DNA of 59,077 nucleotides from a virus (taxonomy: Duplodnaviria > Caudoviricetes). Positions 20,198-30,490 of the stretch are shown one piece after another. Position numbers and translations under genes: made by a program. The notes beneath the pieces were generated by a model that had not been told where the DNA came from, searched no databases, and was given only the letters and a program-made list of their open reading frames with translations. Location of the stretch: positions 1 to 59,077 of IMG/VR virus record IMGVR_UViG_3300032236_001008; one strand, given 5' to 3'. Each line of letters begins with the position of its first letter. The stretch's first letter is position 1.

Positions 20198-21361
20198 ATG
20201 GCCGGACTAAGTAATGTAATTGCTAATACAGCAACCCAATCAACAACGATGCCAGCGTGGTATGATACCGCGCAACAAAACGTTGTTAACCAAGCCACTC
20301 AAGGCGCCGGAAATGTACCAACGCTAGCTAATACTGTTGCTGGTGGTGCAATTAACCAATTAAGCAACCCGGCTACTAACCCATTTACTCAAGCACAAGG
20401 CACTCTAGGTCAAATTGCCAGTGGTGCTGCTAACCCTTGGATTACTGATGCTTCTGGCAACGTAACACCAAACACCAACACCGCTATGGGCGGCCTATTC
20501 CAAGCCCAAAATCAAGAACTCAATCAATTGATGCCACAGTACACAGCACCAGTTGATGCTGCTTCTATTGCCTCTGGTAACTTTGGTGGTTTACGTGGTC
20601 AAACAGCATACAACAAAGCAATAGCAGATGCTTATGCTCAGTTGTTGCCTGCTCAGATGCAAGCTGCATTACAAAACCAATCAACAGGCGTACAAGCTGC
20701 AACTGGTCAAGGTAACGTTGGTTCACAAGGTGTAACCTCAATGACCAACTTGGGTCAAGCTCAACAAGCTGATCCGTTGCTCGCTGCTTCTGCACTTGGT
20801 AAGATTGTTGGTGGTATCAACACCCCAACAACAGTATCCAATACAACACAGCTATCTCCACTCAACCAAATTGGTTCTATTGCTTCTGCTCTTGGTGGTT
20901 CAGTATCTGGTACAGATGCGTTGCTGAAGCAATTGTTCCCAGCTGTTGGTAACCCAACATTACCTAACGGTCAGCCTAATCCAAATTACAAACCAGCTGG
21001 TGGCTTAGGCACATTCTTTAAGAGCATTGGTATTGGCGGTGGTAGCAGTGGTAGTGGTTTAACATCTGATCTTACCGCTGGTAAATACCCATTGGCTGAT
21101 GGTGGCAATATGGTTATTAACTCAGATGGTTCAAGAACCATTACGGCTGGTGACGGTACAGTTAGTTACTTTGATAAAGACGGTAACCCTACTACTGCTC
21201 CTTCAACACCGCCTGCTGATAATACTCCACCTGCAGATAACACACCGCCTGCTGATAACACACCGCCTGCAGATAACACACCGCCTGCTGACAATACCCC
21301 ACCTGCGGATAACACGCCTCCTGCGGACAATACTCCGCCTGCTGATAATACAGAAGGTTAA
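20198..21361 (+). CDS. Internal virion/ejection protein
   Basis: Q/G/A-rich, FGGLR motif, C-terminal (TPPADN)8. Confidence 0.55.
   Translation: MAGLSNVIANTATQSTTMPAWYDTAQQNVVNQATQGAGNVPTLANTVAGGAINQLSNPATNPFTQAQGTLGQIASGAANPWITDASGNVTPNTNTAMGGLFQAQNQELNQLMPQYTAPVDAASIASGNFGGLRGQTAYNKAIADAYAQLLPAQMQAALQNQSTGVQAATGQGNVGSQGVTSMTNLGQAQQADPLLAASALGKIVGGINTPTTVSNTTQLSPLNQIGSIASALGGSVSGTDALLKQLFPAVGNPTLPNGQPNPNYKPAGGLGTFFKSIGIGGGSSGSGLTSDLTAGKYPLADGGNMVINSDGSRTITAGDGTVSYFDKDGNPTTAPSTPPADNTPPADNTPPADNTPPADNTPPADNTPPADNTPPADNTPPADNTEG
21206..21349 (+). repeat. 8 x 18-bp coding tandem repeat (TPPADN)
   Basis: Direct reading; units differ at synonymous positions. Confidence 0.95.
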
Positions 21362-21363
21362 TT

Positions 21364-23331
21364 ATGCCACGTGATTCTCAAACCGGACTAGAGGTCCTTG
21401 AAACTGCAGCACCAGAAGAAGCCGTTAACGAAACAGCTAGCGGCGGCCAAAGTGGCGCTATTGTAAAAGCAACAGGCAAAGGTCTTTCTCCTGTTGGTAA
21501 TATTGCTATGGATCCAACTCAAACTGCTGAGTTGTTAGCCAACATGCAACAAATGGTGGATGATCGTTCTGGCGCTGGTTCTCAATTTATGCGTGGTTTA
21601 GAACGTGCATCTGCTTGGGGATCTGGCGGTGCTGAAGGCCCAGCTAGAGCGCTAACTGCAGTTAATGCACAACAACAAGCTGAAGATACATCTTTGTTTA
21701 ACATGCGCCAACAAATGGCTGCGTTAAAATCTGCTGCTGCCCAGCAACAAGCATACAACGAAGAACAAGCTCGTATCTTTGGGCCTGGTGGTACAGGTAT
21801 GGCTGGTGGCACTGGTGGCGCTGGCGCTTCGGGCCAAGCAATGTACAAAGGTGTTCCAATAGATGATGAAATTAAAGTCGCTATGGCCCAAGCTAGAACA
21901 CGTGAAGAACGTGATAAGATATTTAATGATTTTGCTTCTAAGCGTTCACAAGCCAAAGGTAGCTTTGCATATGGTGCCCCAACATATCAAACAACTATTA
22001 AGTTTGTTGATCCTAAAACTGGCAGACTTGAATATATTGATGCAGCAACTGCTAAAAAATATAAAGATATGGGTTACGGGGATTACGTTGTTAATCCACC
22101 AACAGCTGTTGCCCCTGGCAGAGTGCCACCAGAAGCTATTAAACAAGTTGAAAGCGGTGGTCGCCCAGGTTTAGTAAGTTCAGCTGGTGCAGAAGGCACC
22201 ATGCAAGTTATGCCTAACACACAGAAAAACCCAGGATATGGTGTAACTCCAGCCCGTGATAATTCACAACAAGAGTTAGAGCGTGTAGGTCGTGACTATT
22301 ATGCTGCAATGCAAAAACAATATGGTAACGATACCTTAGCTTCTATTGCTTACAACATGGGCCCAGGTGCAACAGATTCTTGGCTCAAAAAAGGTGGTAA
22401 CTTTAGAGACTTGCCACAAGAAACCCGTGACTACATTGGTCAGGTTCATTTAGCAACTGCTAAGTTAAATCGTGCTCCAGCTGAAACAGCAACAATGCAA
22501 CCTACTGCCGCTGCCGTAGCTCCAAGACAGCGTATGACTATTCCAGAAGCTGAAATTGCAATGGAAGCACAAAAGCAACAAGGAATATCTGCAGCAACTG
22601 CCGAAGGTAAATACATTGGTAATCAAGCTGCAACTGTACGTGAAGCTGGTAATACATCCGGTGAGCGTTTGTCCTCAATTGAATACTTAGATGGTTTGAT
22701 TAACAATCCAGAAACATCGCGTGTATTTGGTGTATTCCAAAAACCTGGCTTTATGAATGGTATTGGTAACGTAATCCAAAAAGGTGTTAACCTTGGTCGT
22801 CTAGGCGACGTCGGTATTAAAGAATTGGATTCTTTAGTTGTTGCCAACATGAAGAACGCCACACAAACTGAAATTGATGCAGCACAAAAAGCAACACGAG
22901 AGTTTGCTAAGATTAAGCTCAACGAAGCTAAGATCTTGTTGGCTGGTCAAGGTGCTGTGTCTGACGCAGAACGTGGTCTGATCCAAGAGTTGTCTGGTAG
23001 CAGAATGAACTCTCCAGGTGCGTTAAGAGACTACCTTGCTTGGGGTAGAATGCGCGCTGAGTATGACCGTGATGTTGGTAAAGCCTACCAAACATACAGA
23101 CGTCAAAACCCAAATGCAGGATTTCAAAACTTTTTGGACACTGGTGTTGCAGATGACTTGCGTGATGCCTACAACCAAAAACTTATGGACTTTGGTTCCA
23201 AGACTGGTATTAATATGGACAAAGCTGCAGCAGCTGGTGGTCAACAACCAGAGCAGCCAAAAGCAGCACCGCAGTGGAAATACAGTGATGACGATTACGC
23301 AGCATGGAAGAAGAGCAGAGGGCTTAAATAA
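21364..23331 (+). CDS. Ejection protein with lytic transglycosylase (SLT) domain
   Basis: QVESGG..SSAGAEGTMQVMP..AYNMGPG..ETRDYI motifs. Confidence 0.75.
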   Translation: MPRDSQTGLEVLETAAPEEAVNETASGGQSGAIVKATGKGLSPVGNIAMDPTQTAELLANMQQMVDDRSGAGSQFMRGLERASAWGSGGAEGPARALTAVNAQQQAEDTSLFNMRQQMAALKSAAAQQQAYNEEQARIFGPGGTGMAGGTGGAGASGQAMYKGVPIDDEIKVAMAQARTREERDKIFNDFASKRSQAKGSFAYGAPTYQTTIKFVDPKTGRLEYIDAATAKKYKDMGYGDYVVNPPTAVAPGRVPPEAIKQVESGGRPGLVSSAGAEGTMQVMPNTQKNPGYGVTPARDNSQQELERVGRDYYAAMQKQYGNDTLASIAYNMGPGATDSWLKKGGNFRDLPQETRDYIGQVHLATAKLNRAPAETATMQPTAAAVAPRQRMTIPEAEIAMEAQKQQGISAATAEGKYIGNQAATVREAGNTSGERLSSIEYLDGLINNPETSRVFGVFQKPGFMNGIGNVIQKGVNLGRLGDVGIKELDSLVVANMKNATQTEIDAAQKATREFAKIKLNEAKILLAGQGAVSDAERGLIQELSGSRMNSPGALRDYLAWGRMRAEYDRDVGKAYQTYRRQNPNAGFQNFLDTGVADDLRDAYNQKLMDFGSKTGINMDKAAAAGGQQPEQPKAAPQWKYSDDDYAAWKKSRGLK

Positions 23332-24092
23332 TGGCTGAATTTACTCCAGAACAAGAAAAAGAATTTGAGTTCCGGGCTCGCTACGAACAAGAACAAGCTA
23401 CCGCTAAAGAACCTAAAGAACAAGCAGGAAGCCCAGATGCGACAACTGAATCCGCTAATCAAGTTTTGGCTGGTGGCTTGGGTGCTGCCGCTGGCGCTAT
23501 GGCTGGTAAGTTACCAGAACGCCTTGGTAATATGGTTCGTGATCCTATTACTGGTAAGTGGATGGCAGTGGAGAACTACGCTCGCCAAATGGCCCAAGGC
23601 AAGTATTACGGCGGCCAAAACTACAATCAAGTCTGGGACAAAATTCGTGAGTTTAATCTTGACCCTACTCAAGGCCCACGTCTTGAACAAGAAGCTCTAG
23701 CCAATAGAACTGCTGCACAAAAATTTGTTTCTAAAATTCCTAAACCATTACAGGGCATAGCCACTGCACCTATGGGTGTTGTTGGTCGTGGTATTGTTGG
23801 CCTAGGAGCTGGTATGCAAGGCGCTGATGCCATGAACCGTTGGGATCAGGGCGATACCACAGGCGCAGTCATTAGCGGCCTTGGAGCGCTTGGTACAGCC
23901 GCTGCAATGATTCCTCATCCGATTGCTAGGGTAGTTGGAACTGGTGTTGGTTTGGGTGCAGAAGGTTTAAACATGTTCTTAGACAGCCTCAAAAAGAAAA
24001 AGGCCACACCACAAGCACAGTATGCTCATGGGGGCCATGTTCAACATCTATCAAAAGCACAGAGAGCTGCGCTTTTGATTATGGATCACTAA
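23331..24092 (+). CDS. Ejection/internal protein with Gly-rich hydrophobic helices
   Basis: 253 aa; last gene of the + operon. Confidence 0.45.
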   Translation: MAEFTPEQEKEFEFRARYEQEQATAKEPKEQAGSPDATTESANQVLAGGLGAAAGAMAGKLPERLGNMVRDPITGKWMAVENYARQMAQGKYYGGQNYNQVWDKIREFNLDPTQGPRLEQEALANRTAAQKFVSKIPKPLQGIATAPMGVVGRGIVGLGAGMQGADAMNRWDQGDTTGAVISGLGALGTAAAMIPHPIARVVGTGVGLGAEGLNMFLDSLKKKKATPQAQYAHGGHVQHLSKAQRAALLIMDH

Positions 24093-26087
24093 TTACTTTC
24101 TGTAACGGTTGCCGTACCATCCCTCCGCAGCAAGAGGAAAATCGGGCGCCCATGATGGCGGTGTAGTCATAATCTTGATTGCATCAGCTAATGCGGACTC
24201 CCCGTTTTGTTCTTCAACAAGGAGTAGTACCTCGTCATGGATGGAGTTAATAACCTCATAGCCAGCTCGCTCGAGAGCTATCATAGCAAACGCCAAGAAA
24301 TCGCGAGCCGTTCCTTGAACAGCCGATTGGAAGATACTACTACCAATCAAAGTATTACGAGTCCACTGCCGAGTGTAGGTATTTTGGGAGTGGACAGTAA
24401 CTCCCCACTTTTGGTCACCCCATGGTGTGGTGAGCAACTCGAGCTGTGGCCTCTTCCAGCAAATCAAACGCCCTGACGGCAATATCATCCACAAAGCATT
24501 TTTGTCGTATTTCATTCGCAGTTTGATATCTGCTTGTAAAACAGGCATGCCGTTTAAATCCCAGTTTTCATCACTTTCTCTATTGCAGGAATTAGGGCTA
24601 AACACTGTGCCTGGTTGTCGAATTGCATGTATTGCTGCAGACTCACAACCATACCACAATGCTTTTACTTTTTGGTATGACGCTCGGTAATTATCTACTG
24701 CGCCCTTTGCCTGAGTCTCAGTAAGTTTTACTCCCATCCCCTCAGCGTATTTGACAAGTCCTTTAGCCCCTTGTCCGAACATCGCTCCAAGAACTGCCGA
24801 TTTGGAAACTTGCCGTTGATCTTTCGTAACTTGATCATAAGGTATGTGATATAGATTTTCCGACGCAAACACTTTGTATTCATCTAGTCCCTTTCTGAAC
24901 AATTCCACTTTATCTTTTTGCCCAGCCAAGTAGACGCCAACTCGGTTTTCAATTGAGCTAAAATCCACGTCAACGAAGGTTTTTCCATCTGGGGCAACGA
25001 TACTCGACCTGACAAGGGACGAGAGCTCAGTGAGCGTTCCCACTCCCTGTCCAAATACTCTTGGTATTGCTTGTTCAATCTCTTCATCGGAGATTGTAGG
25101 TCTTGCAATATTTTGTAAGTTAAGGCCACCACGGCTCGCCCAGCGGCCAGTACTAGCGCCATGATATACCAATGTATTCCTAATCCGTCCTTCACGTTGT
25201 ATCTCCATCATCTTAGCGTACTTAGCCACGCTAGTTTGGCTTCCTTCTTGGCGCAACTCTAGCGCCCTCTTTACATCTTCTGCCGCAAATAAATTATCAA
25301 AGTTAGTGTTTACTAACTTATTTAAAACGGTCTCGGCGGTCATGTCAAGCATATCAGCTCCCTGCTGATTTAACCAAGCCAGTAATTTAGCCCTCTCAGA
25401 AGGCTTACAACCGGTCAAGGCAAGGAGTTCGTTGTCAATGGCATCCTGGGCCCTTACCACAGCCAGGACAGCGTTGTGGAGCTCATTAGGGTCCACAGGA
25501 ACGCCTCTTAGGTTGATCCGCTGGGTGAGCTCCCAGACAGCCTGTTCGGAGGCGTCTAGGGGCCTTAAAACGGCTGCTATGGCCATTTCTGTGCGTACGT
25601 CCTGTGCGCAGTATTCAAACAACTGAGCCATTAATTCTGGGTCTTCATTAAAGACGCCTTTGATATTTGGTTTACATAGCTTTTGTATGAGGCGTTTACC
25701 CACTGGATCTTTTTGGTAACTAGACTTTAAAAATAGGCCAGCATCATCCAATCCCTGAGGTATGTTATTGGCTGCGGCTATGGCCATCGAGTCAATGCAC
25801 TGGGATAGTTTTAGTGGTGGCCAGCCGTACTTAGGCACACAGACGCAGTTCCAGATGGCGTACTCAAACATGGCGTTCCATGCTTGGATTTTGCCACCGT
25901 TCTCTACGTGAGAAAGAACTGGATTGTATAAAAACTTATTGTTGGGATCTAAAACGTCCACATCTTGTGGGTTGATACCAAAGGCCATACACAACACTTC
26001 TGTTGTGGGGTCGTTGGCGTAGATGTCAAGACCTTGGTCTTTTAATTCGATGGTGCTACGTGTTTCAAAGTCAATGCTGTAAATCAT
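24093..26087 (-). CDS. polA: Family A DNA polymerase with 3'-5' exonuclease
   Basis: IDFET exo I, AWNAMFE, motif A DFSSIENR, motif B KSAVLGAMFG, motif C IHDE. Confidence 0.93.
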   Translation of the reverse strand: MIYSIDFETRSTIELKDQGLDIYANDPTTEVLCMAFGINPQDVDVLDPNNKFLYNPVLSHVENGGKIQAWNAMFEYAIWNCVCVPKYGWPPLKLSQCIDSMAIAAANNIPQGLDDAGLFLKSSYQKDPVGKRLIQKLCKPNIKGVFNEDPELMAQLFEYCAQDVRTEMAIAAVLRPLDASEQAVWELTQRINLRGVPVDPNELHNAVLAVVRAQDAIDNELLALTGCKPSERAKLLAWLNQQGADMLDMTAETVLNKLVNTNFDNLFAAEDVKRALELRQEGSQTSVAKYAKMMEIQREGRIRNTLVYHGASTGRWASRGGLNLQNIARPTISDEEIEQAIPRVFGQGVGTLTELSSLVRSSIVAPDGKTFVDVDFSSIENRVGVYLAGQKDKVELFRKGLDEYKVFASENLYHIPYDQVTKDQRQVSKSAVLGAMFGQGAKGLVKYAEGMGVKLTETQAKGAVDNYRASYQKVKALWYGCESAAIHAIRQPGTVFSPNSCNRESDENWDLNGMPVLQADIKLRMKYDKNALWMILPSGRLICWKRPQLELLTTPWGDQKWGVTVHSQNTYTRQWTRNTLIGSSIFQSAVQGTARDFLAFAMIALERAGYEVINSIHDEVLLLVEEQNGESALADAIKIMTTPPSWAPDFPLAAEGWYGNRYRK

Positions 26088-26136
26088 AATATGCTCCTAA
26101 GGCAAGCCGACGTATCGGCGGAATAAATATTATACA

Positions 26137-26166
26137 TAAAAAAGGGGGCCTGTGCAAGCGCCCCCA
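26137..26166 (-). terminator. Rho-independent terminator after RNR
   Basis: GGGGGC..GCCCCC stem followed by U-run on the minus strand. Confidence 0.55.
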
Positions 26167-26188
26167 ACCTCACCACCACGTGAATCTT

Positions 26189-28063
26189 TTAAATCTCGCA
26201 ACTTCCTGCAGAACAGGCTAACATTTGCGCGCCCTCTACGTTGTCTGTGTTTTCTTTGAGCTGCGCCCAGTCGACGACTGGGATGCTGGCTTTGAGTTTG
26301 TTGTACTCTTCTTCTGTGCACTCTTCGTAGGGGGCTTGTCTGTAAGTTCCACCGTCGTAAGGGAGGTAGGAGACTCCACTGATTTCTCCGAAGTGATCCC
26401 ATGTCCATGCTCCGACACTTGGCCAGTCTCGCTCAGAGACAGAGATAGTGACACTTGGCTTGTGCTCACACCAGAAGCGCTGGTAAGTGAGCCAGAGCTC
26501 AAGGTGACTGATTGGGGTAACGTCGTCTCTGACGAGTCCGTCTGGGGCTCTTTGAGGAAAACTGAAGACGGTAGTTTGGGTTGGCTTGTAAACACAGTCT
26601 TCAGCTGGTACTCCTTGTCCAACAAGAAATTGGGTGAGAGGATCTTTTTTATCTCCTCGCACTCTTCGGATATAGAATTTAGAATGGCGAGGGTGGATGC
26701 CACTCGCCGAATCAACGAGCTGGGATACTGTTCCACTTGGCTTGACGCATGTGATAGAAGCGCTCTCAGGGATTCCGAGAGCTGTTGCCCATTCTTTATT
26801 TGTTGCTCGAGCGCATTCTCTAAGCTCTGTAAGTAGTGCATTTAACTCTTCTCCTTGCGTGGTAAGTAATGGGTTGTCGTAAATTCCGGTGAGGGAAACT
26901 CCAAGTAATCGTTCTTCCTCGGTATTGCGTTGCCACACTTTGCGCAGATAAGGGAATTTTGTGAAGGTAGATTGGATTGTACCAAGGATGGAGGCAAGCC
27001 GCACTTTACGCAATAGGGTTTCTTTGGTGTCGTCATGGCGTACTACACATTCAGATAGATTACAGAATTGGTATGGTCGGAGAACGATCTCACTGCACGG
27101 ATTTGTTCCGAATTCATAATTTGAATCTCTATGCCCGTATTTTTCAACCGTCTTTTTAGCAGCCTCCCGATTAAAAATGCCTCGTTCACCGCTATGGGAG
27201 TTGTAAAGTGATAGCCATTCTTCCATGAACTTTCCGACAGTAGGTGTTTCATTATACACCGCACTGTTGTTCGCAAGAGCCCTGTGCGGAGCGGTGTCCC
27301 ACCATGGTCCAGCTTTTGCATGTCTAATCCTTTCATCATCAAGGTCAGATAACGAGATCATTGCAGAGCGACGTACGCCACCCACTACTACAACCTCACC
27401 AATTTTACACATCAAGTCGTGGCACTCTAAACTATGTAGCTTACGACCTTTAGCGTGTTTAAATGTAGCTACTGCAAATTCAAATAAATCAATTAGTGGT
27501 TGCGGCCCGGAAGCTCTTCCGCCAAATGTTTTGAGTCGTGCTCCGGCAGGTCTAACATTGCTGACGTCCCACTTTGGAATTTCACCGGCCCAAAGATGGG
27601 CGAGAAGCAAGCGCAAAGATTTTGCCCATCCTTCTTTGCTGTCATGGACGGCGATGGTATGCTCCGAATCAAATAGCTGGTCTGGCACTTCGGGCAGCTG
27701 GTTAATATACTTTGATTCGACTGAGAAACCAACCCCAGTACCACAGAGCAAGATGAACATGGCTTCGTCGAAGCTCTTGGGGTCATCCACTGGGAGATAG
27801 CTGCAATTATAGACGCAAGTATTGTCACGATCAGCACTCTTTCCTGCCGTCATCATGGCTCGCATGGAAGGCATCAATTCAAGGTTAACGATAGAGTTAT
27901 ACAACTCGGTTTTTAATTCATTGTTACCAGTAATAGCTGGGGTACGACTAAAAATATAATCAACAAAACGTGTTACTGTTTCTGGCCAAGTTTCACGACG
28001 ACCCTTGTCATCTTGATATCTGGCGTAACGGCTGGCGGCAATGTATTCTTGATACTGATCCAT
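26189..28063 (-). CDS. nrdJ: Class II (adenosylcobalamin-dependent) ribonucleotide reductase
   Basis: YNCS, GTNPCSEI, FCNLSE, TCVKPSGT, C-terminal CxxxxC; no beta subunit nearby. Confidence 0.92.
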   Translation of the reverse strand: MDQYQEYIAASRYARYQDDKGRRETWPETVTRFVDYIFSRTPAITGNNELKTELYNSIVNLELMPSMRAMMTAGKSADRDNTCVYNCSYLPVDDPKSFDEAMFILLCGTGVGFSVESKYINQLPEVPDQLFDSEHTIAVHDSKEGWAKSLRLLLAHLWAGEIPKWDVSNVRPAGARLKTFGGRASGPQPLIDLFEFAVATFKHAKGRKLHSLECHDLMCKIGEVVVVGGVRRSAMISLSDLDDERIRHAKAGPWWDTAPHRALANNSAVYNETPTVGKFMEEWLSLYNSHSGERGIFNREAAKKTVEKYGHRDSNYEFGTNPCSEIVLRPYQFCNLSECVVRHDDTKETLLRKVRLASILGTIQSTFTKFPYLRKVWQRNTEEERLLGVSLTGIYDNPLLTTQGEELNALLTELRECARATNKEWATALGIPESASITCVKPSGTVSQLVDSASGIHPRHSKFYIRRVRGDKKDPLTQFLVGQGVPAEDCVYKPTQTTVFSFPQRAPDGLVRDDVTPISHLELWLTYQRFWCEHKPSVTISVSERDWPSVGAWTWDHFGEISGVSYLPYDGGTYRQAPYEECTEEEYNKLKASIPVVDWAQLKENTDNVEGAQMLACSAGSCEI

Positions 28064-28143
28064 TTATTATTCTCTATGTTATGTGGTTGATGAAAAAGGG
28101 AGGCCGCAGTTTCTACGGACACTCCCTTGTACTACTAAACTAC

Positions 28144-28662
28144 TTATACTGCGAAATCTGCTGCAGCGGATGTTGCACCGCCTAACTTCTCACCATCTTC
28201 CAACTTCTGGACATTGTTTAAACCACAAGCAATGCCTTTGGAACCACTTGTGTCGTATGGATACAATGTTACTGATGCACGGCCATAGCAACCACTGTAG
28301 AACTCTGATGCATCCAAGATTGGATTTAGATCAGCATCTACAACACCTGGCTTCTCGTTAGAGTTTGCATTGAAGAAATAATGACCAGCGTATACTGGAT
28401 CGCTTTTCTCTTCGTCACCGTCACGTAAACCACCTTTTAACATCTTAGGAACTGCACCACCAAAGAATGAAGCATTAGATGCTTTGGTGTCCTCAAACGC
28501 TTTAGTAAAACGTTTTACTGTATCAGTATCAGACTTAGGAATCAAAATGGATACGGAATACTTGAGCGTACCATTTGGAGTCTCAGCTGGCTGAAATACG
28601 TGAGCATATGAGAAACGTACTTTACCGGTTACAAACTTAGTTTTTGTGCTATTTTTAGCCAT
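28144..28662 (-). CDS. Single-stranded DNA-binding protein (DUF2815 / gp2.5-like)
   Basis: VRFSYAHVF, KYSVSILIPK, LRDGD, FYSGCYGRA, GLNNVQK, acidic-aromatic tail. Confidence 0.85.
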   Translation of the reverse strand: MAKNSTKTKFVTGKVRFSYAHVFQPAETPNGTLKYSVSILIPKSDTDTVKRFTKAFEDTKASNASFFGGAVPKMLKGGLRDGDEEKSDPVYAGHYFFNANSNEKPGVVDADLNPILDASEFYSGCYGRASVTLYPYDTSGSKGIACGLNNVQKLEDGEKLGGATSAAADFAV

Positions 28663-28744
28663 GATGATATTACCTTTTTAACGTAAAGATTGGACTTCAA
28701 TAGGGGCCAATCTGTCTACCCTTACAACTATTGTACAACAACTT

Positions 28745-28888
28745 TTATTTTACCACAAGTAAAATTCCAACATTACCTATGGCATAACCTAAAAACATTA
28801 TGCCCTGTCCTGTGGCACCTTTAAAAAACTGGTCTATTGCTACGACCAGATATGTAAGGCCCATCAGGCCTACAAGCCATGAACTCAT
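28745..28888 (-). CDS. Small two-TM membrane protein
   Basis: 47 aa hand-translated MSSWLVGLMGLTYLVVAIDQFFKG..GYAIGNVGILLVVK; ATGA coupling. Confidence 0.5.
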   Translation of the reverse strand: MSSWLVGLMGLTYLVVAIDQFFKGATGQGIMFLGYAIGNVGILLVVK

Positions 28889-30018
28889 TTGAAATCATCC
28901 TTTGCGGTTTCTTTAACACGTACCAGTTTTGGTGAACCTTCTGGACGTTGAATCAAACCACCAAGCCATGATTCCACTTGGCCCTTACCACCTAACTTAA
29001 TTAAAGATGGCACAGACTTCATCTTCTTTGGTTCCCAAATTTGTTCTTCTGGCAAACCTTTTTCTACTAAAACTTTTGCTGCTAATTCTTGATCTGTTAC
29101 TTTGCGATGCGTTACTGTTGTTCCAAGTTTAAATCCTTTTGGAATAACTTGCTCAGTAATTGCTTTGTTCAACGCATAGTCTTCTACATCTGTTGCCCAC
29201 TGTCTTAAGTCTTGCGCTTTTGCAAGGACTTCGACGAGCTCTTCTTCGCTGAGGAGGGGCGGCTCTTTGAACTCTTGCTTGGCGAGCTCTTGGTTGTAGT
29301 CGCTGCGCGCTCTGCAGGTTGCTTTTGCACGGCAGAACTGGCACCAATCGCCCGGGAGGAACTCGCCTGCGCCGCTCCACGCTTTCTTGGCTTTTGGTTT
29401 GACGAAGTAGTTGGCCCAGTCGACCAGTTTACTGATGGTGGTACCATCGGTACTGATACTGTCAAGTCGGGGCTGATGTATCGTGTAACTGACTTCTTTA
29501 ATATCGGGGTATTCTTCTTTGAACTTGCTCCACGCACCGAGGGCGTAGAGCCTGAGCTGCGTGTTGTCTTGGGCTGAGATTGGGATTCCTTTTCCAAACT
29601 TGAGGTCAATAACCCGAATGGAGTGCTTAGAAAGTATAACCACATCGGCTGTACCAAATCCGTCAGGAACCCAGTCAGAGAAGTCCACACGTTGTTCAAA
29701 GAGTGGCGTGTCACCTTCACCGATTTGAGAACGTACGTATAAAACGTAGCTATCGACGTGAGCCTCGAAATCGTCGTTGTAGTAGGGTGTTGCTTTGATA
29801 ATTGCTTCTTCATGTTGATACTCCTCTATGCCAATTTGTCCAAAATGGTGTCTAAGTTTTGCTTCTGCTAGGGAATGCGCCATAGTGCCTTCTTGACTAA
29901 AGTCAAAGGCGCCAGGGGCACGTTTTTGTTCGGGGAGGGTTGCTTCTAGTTTGGCACTAGGGGTGCAAGAAAGCCACCGTTTTGAGCCAGAAGCAGAGAG
30001 TAGTGCATGCGCAGTCAT
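28885..30018 (-). CDS. DUF2800 Cas4-like PD-(D/E)xK exonuclease
   Basis: HALLSASGSKRWLSC, FGTAD, IDLKFGKG, QLRLYALG, WCQFC..C. Confidence 0.85.
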   Translation of the reverse strand: MTAHALLSASGSKRWLSCTPSAKLEATLPEQKRAPGAFDFSQEGTMAHSLAEAKLRHHFGQIGIEEYQHEEAIIKATPYYNDDFEAHVDSYVLYVRSQIGEGDTPLFEQRVDFSDWVPDGFGTADVVILSKHSIRVIDLKFGKGIPISAQDNTQLRLYALGAWSKFKEEYPDIKEVSYTIHQPRLDSISTDGTTISKLVDWANYFVKPKAKKAWSGAGEFLPGDWCQFCRAKATCRARSDYNQELAKQEFKEPPLLSEEELVEVLAKAQDLRQWATDVEDYALNKAITEQVIPKGFKLGTTVTHRKVTDQELAAKVLVEKGLPEEQIWEPKKMKSVPSLIKLGGKGQVESWLGGLIQRPEGSPKLVRVKETAKDDFK

Positions 30019-30050
30019 ATTAGCCTTATTAGTCTGTTTAGAAGTATATA

Positions 30051-30060
30051 TACTAATGCA
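30051..30060 (-). promoter_or_regulatory. TGCATTAGTA -10 element without GGGCG
   Basis: Exact 10-mer upstream of the DUF2800-SSB-RNR-PolA operon. Confidence 0.6.
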
Positions 30061-30088
30061 AAAAAGGGACTTTGTAAAGTCCCTTTTT
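30061..30088. terminator. Bidirectional terminator hairpin
   Basis: AAAAAGGGACTTT-GT-AAAGTCCCTTTTT perfect inverted repeat. Confidence 0.75.
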
Positions 30089-30103
30089 GAAAATATATTT
30101 TTC

Positions 30104-30490
30104 TTACGACTTTAGGGCGGAAATGAGGTTTGCTATCTCTTTATTAAAATCTACTGTTACTTCCGCTTTGAGATCTATTTTGGTATCTCTGGTCTCACGG
30201 TAGTCTTCTTGGAATTGGCCACGTAATGCAATCTCGGCCAAGCGGCTGTTAAAGCCTTTGTTGTTTACGTTAGCCAAAATCTCACGTTCCCAATAGGCTT
30301 GGCTATGGGTCTTTGCAGTTTCTAGGGCATCAGCAAATTCTTCATGGTTTTTCTTCCATGTCTCTGCAACGTTTTTATTGATGCCAATTTCGGCGAACAT
30401 CATTTTTTGGGATGCGCCTTCTTTACCCAATGCGATCATACGTTCGCACATCTCGGGTTTGTATACGTATCTTGGTTTTTTAGCTGCCAC
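30104..30490 (-). CDS. Putative terminase small subunit (P22 gp3-like HTH)
   Basis: YKPEMCE..GKEGAS..IGI..TW..HEEFADAL..QAYWE..FNSRL pattern. Confidence 0.6.
   Translation of the reverse strand: MAAKKPRYVYKPEMCERMIALGKEGASQKMMFAEIGINKNVAETWKKNHEEFADALETAKTHSQAYWEREILANVNNKGFNSRLAEIALRGQFQEDYRETRDTKIDLKAEVTVDFNKEIANLISALKS

Noticed and set aside
26225-27837. Long alternative-frame and antisense ORFs over the RNR gene (and similar ones over PolA, DUF2800, tail and portal genes)
   Set aside because: They are shadows of strongly supported genes, with no motifs or RBS.
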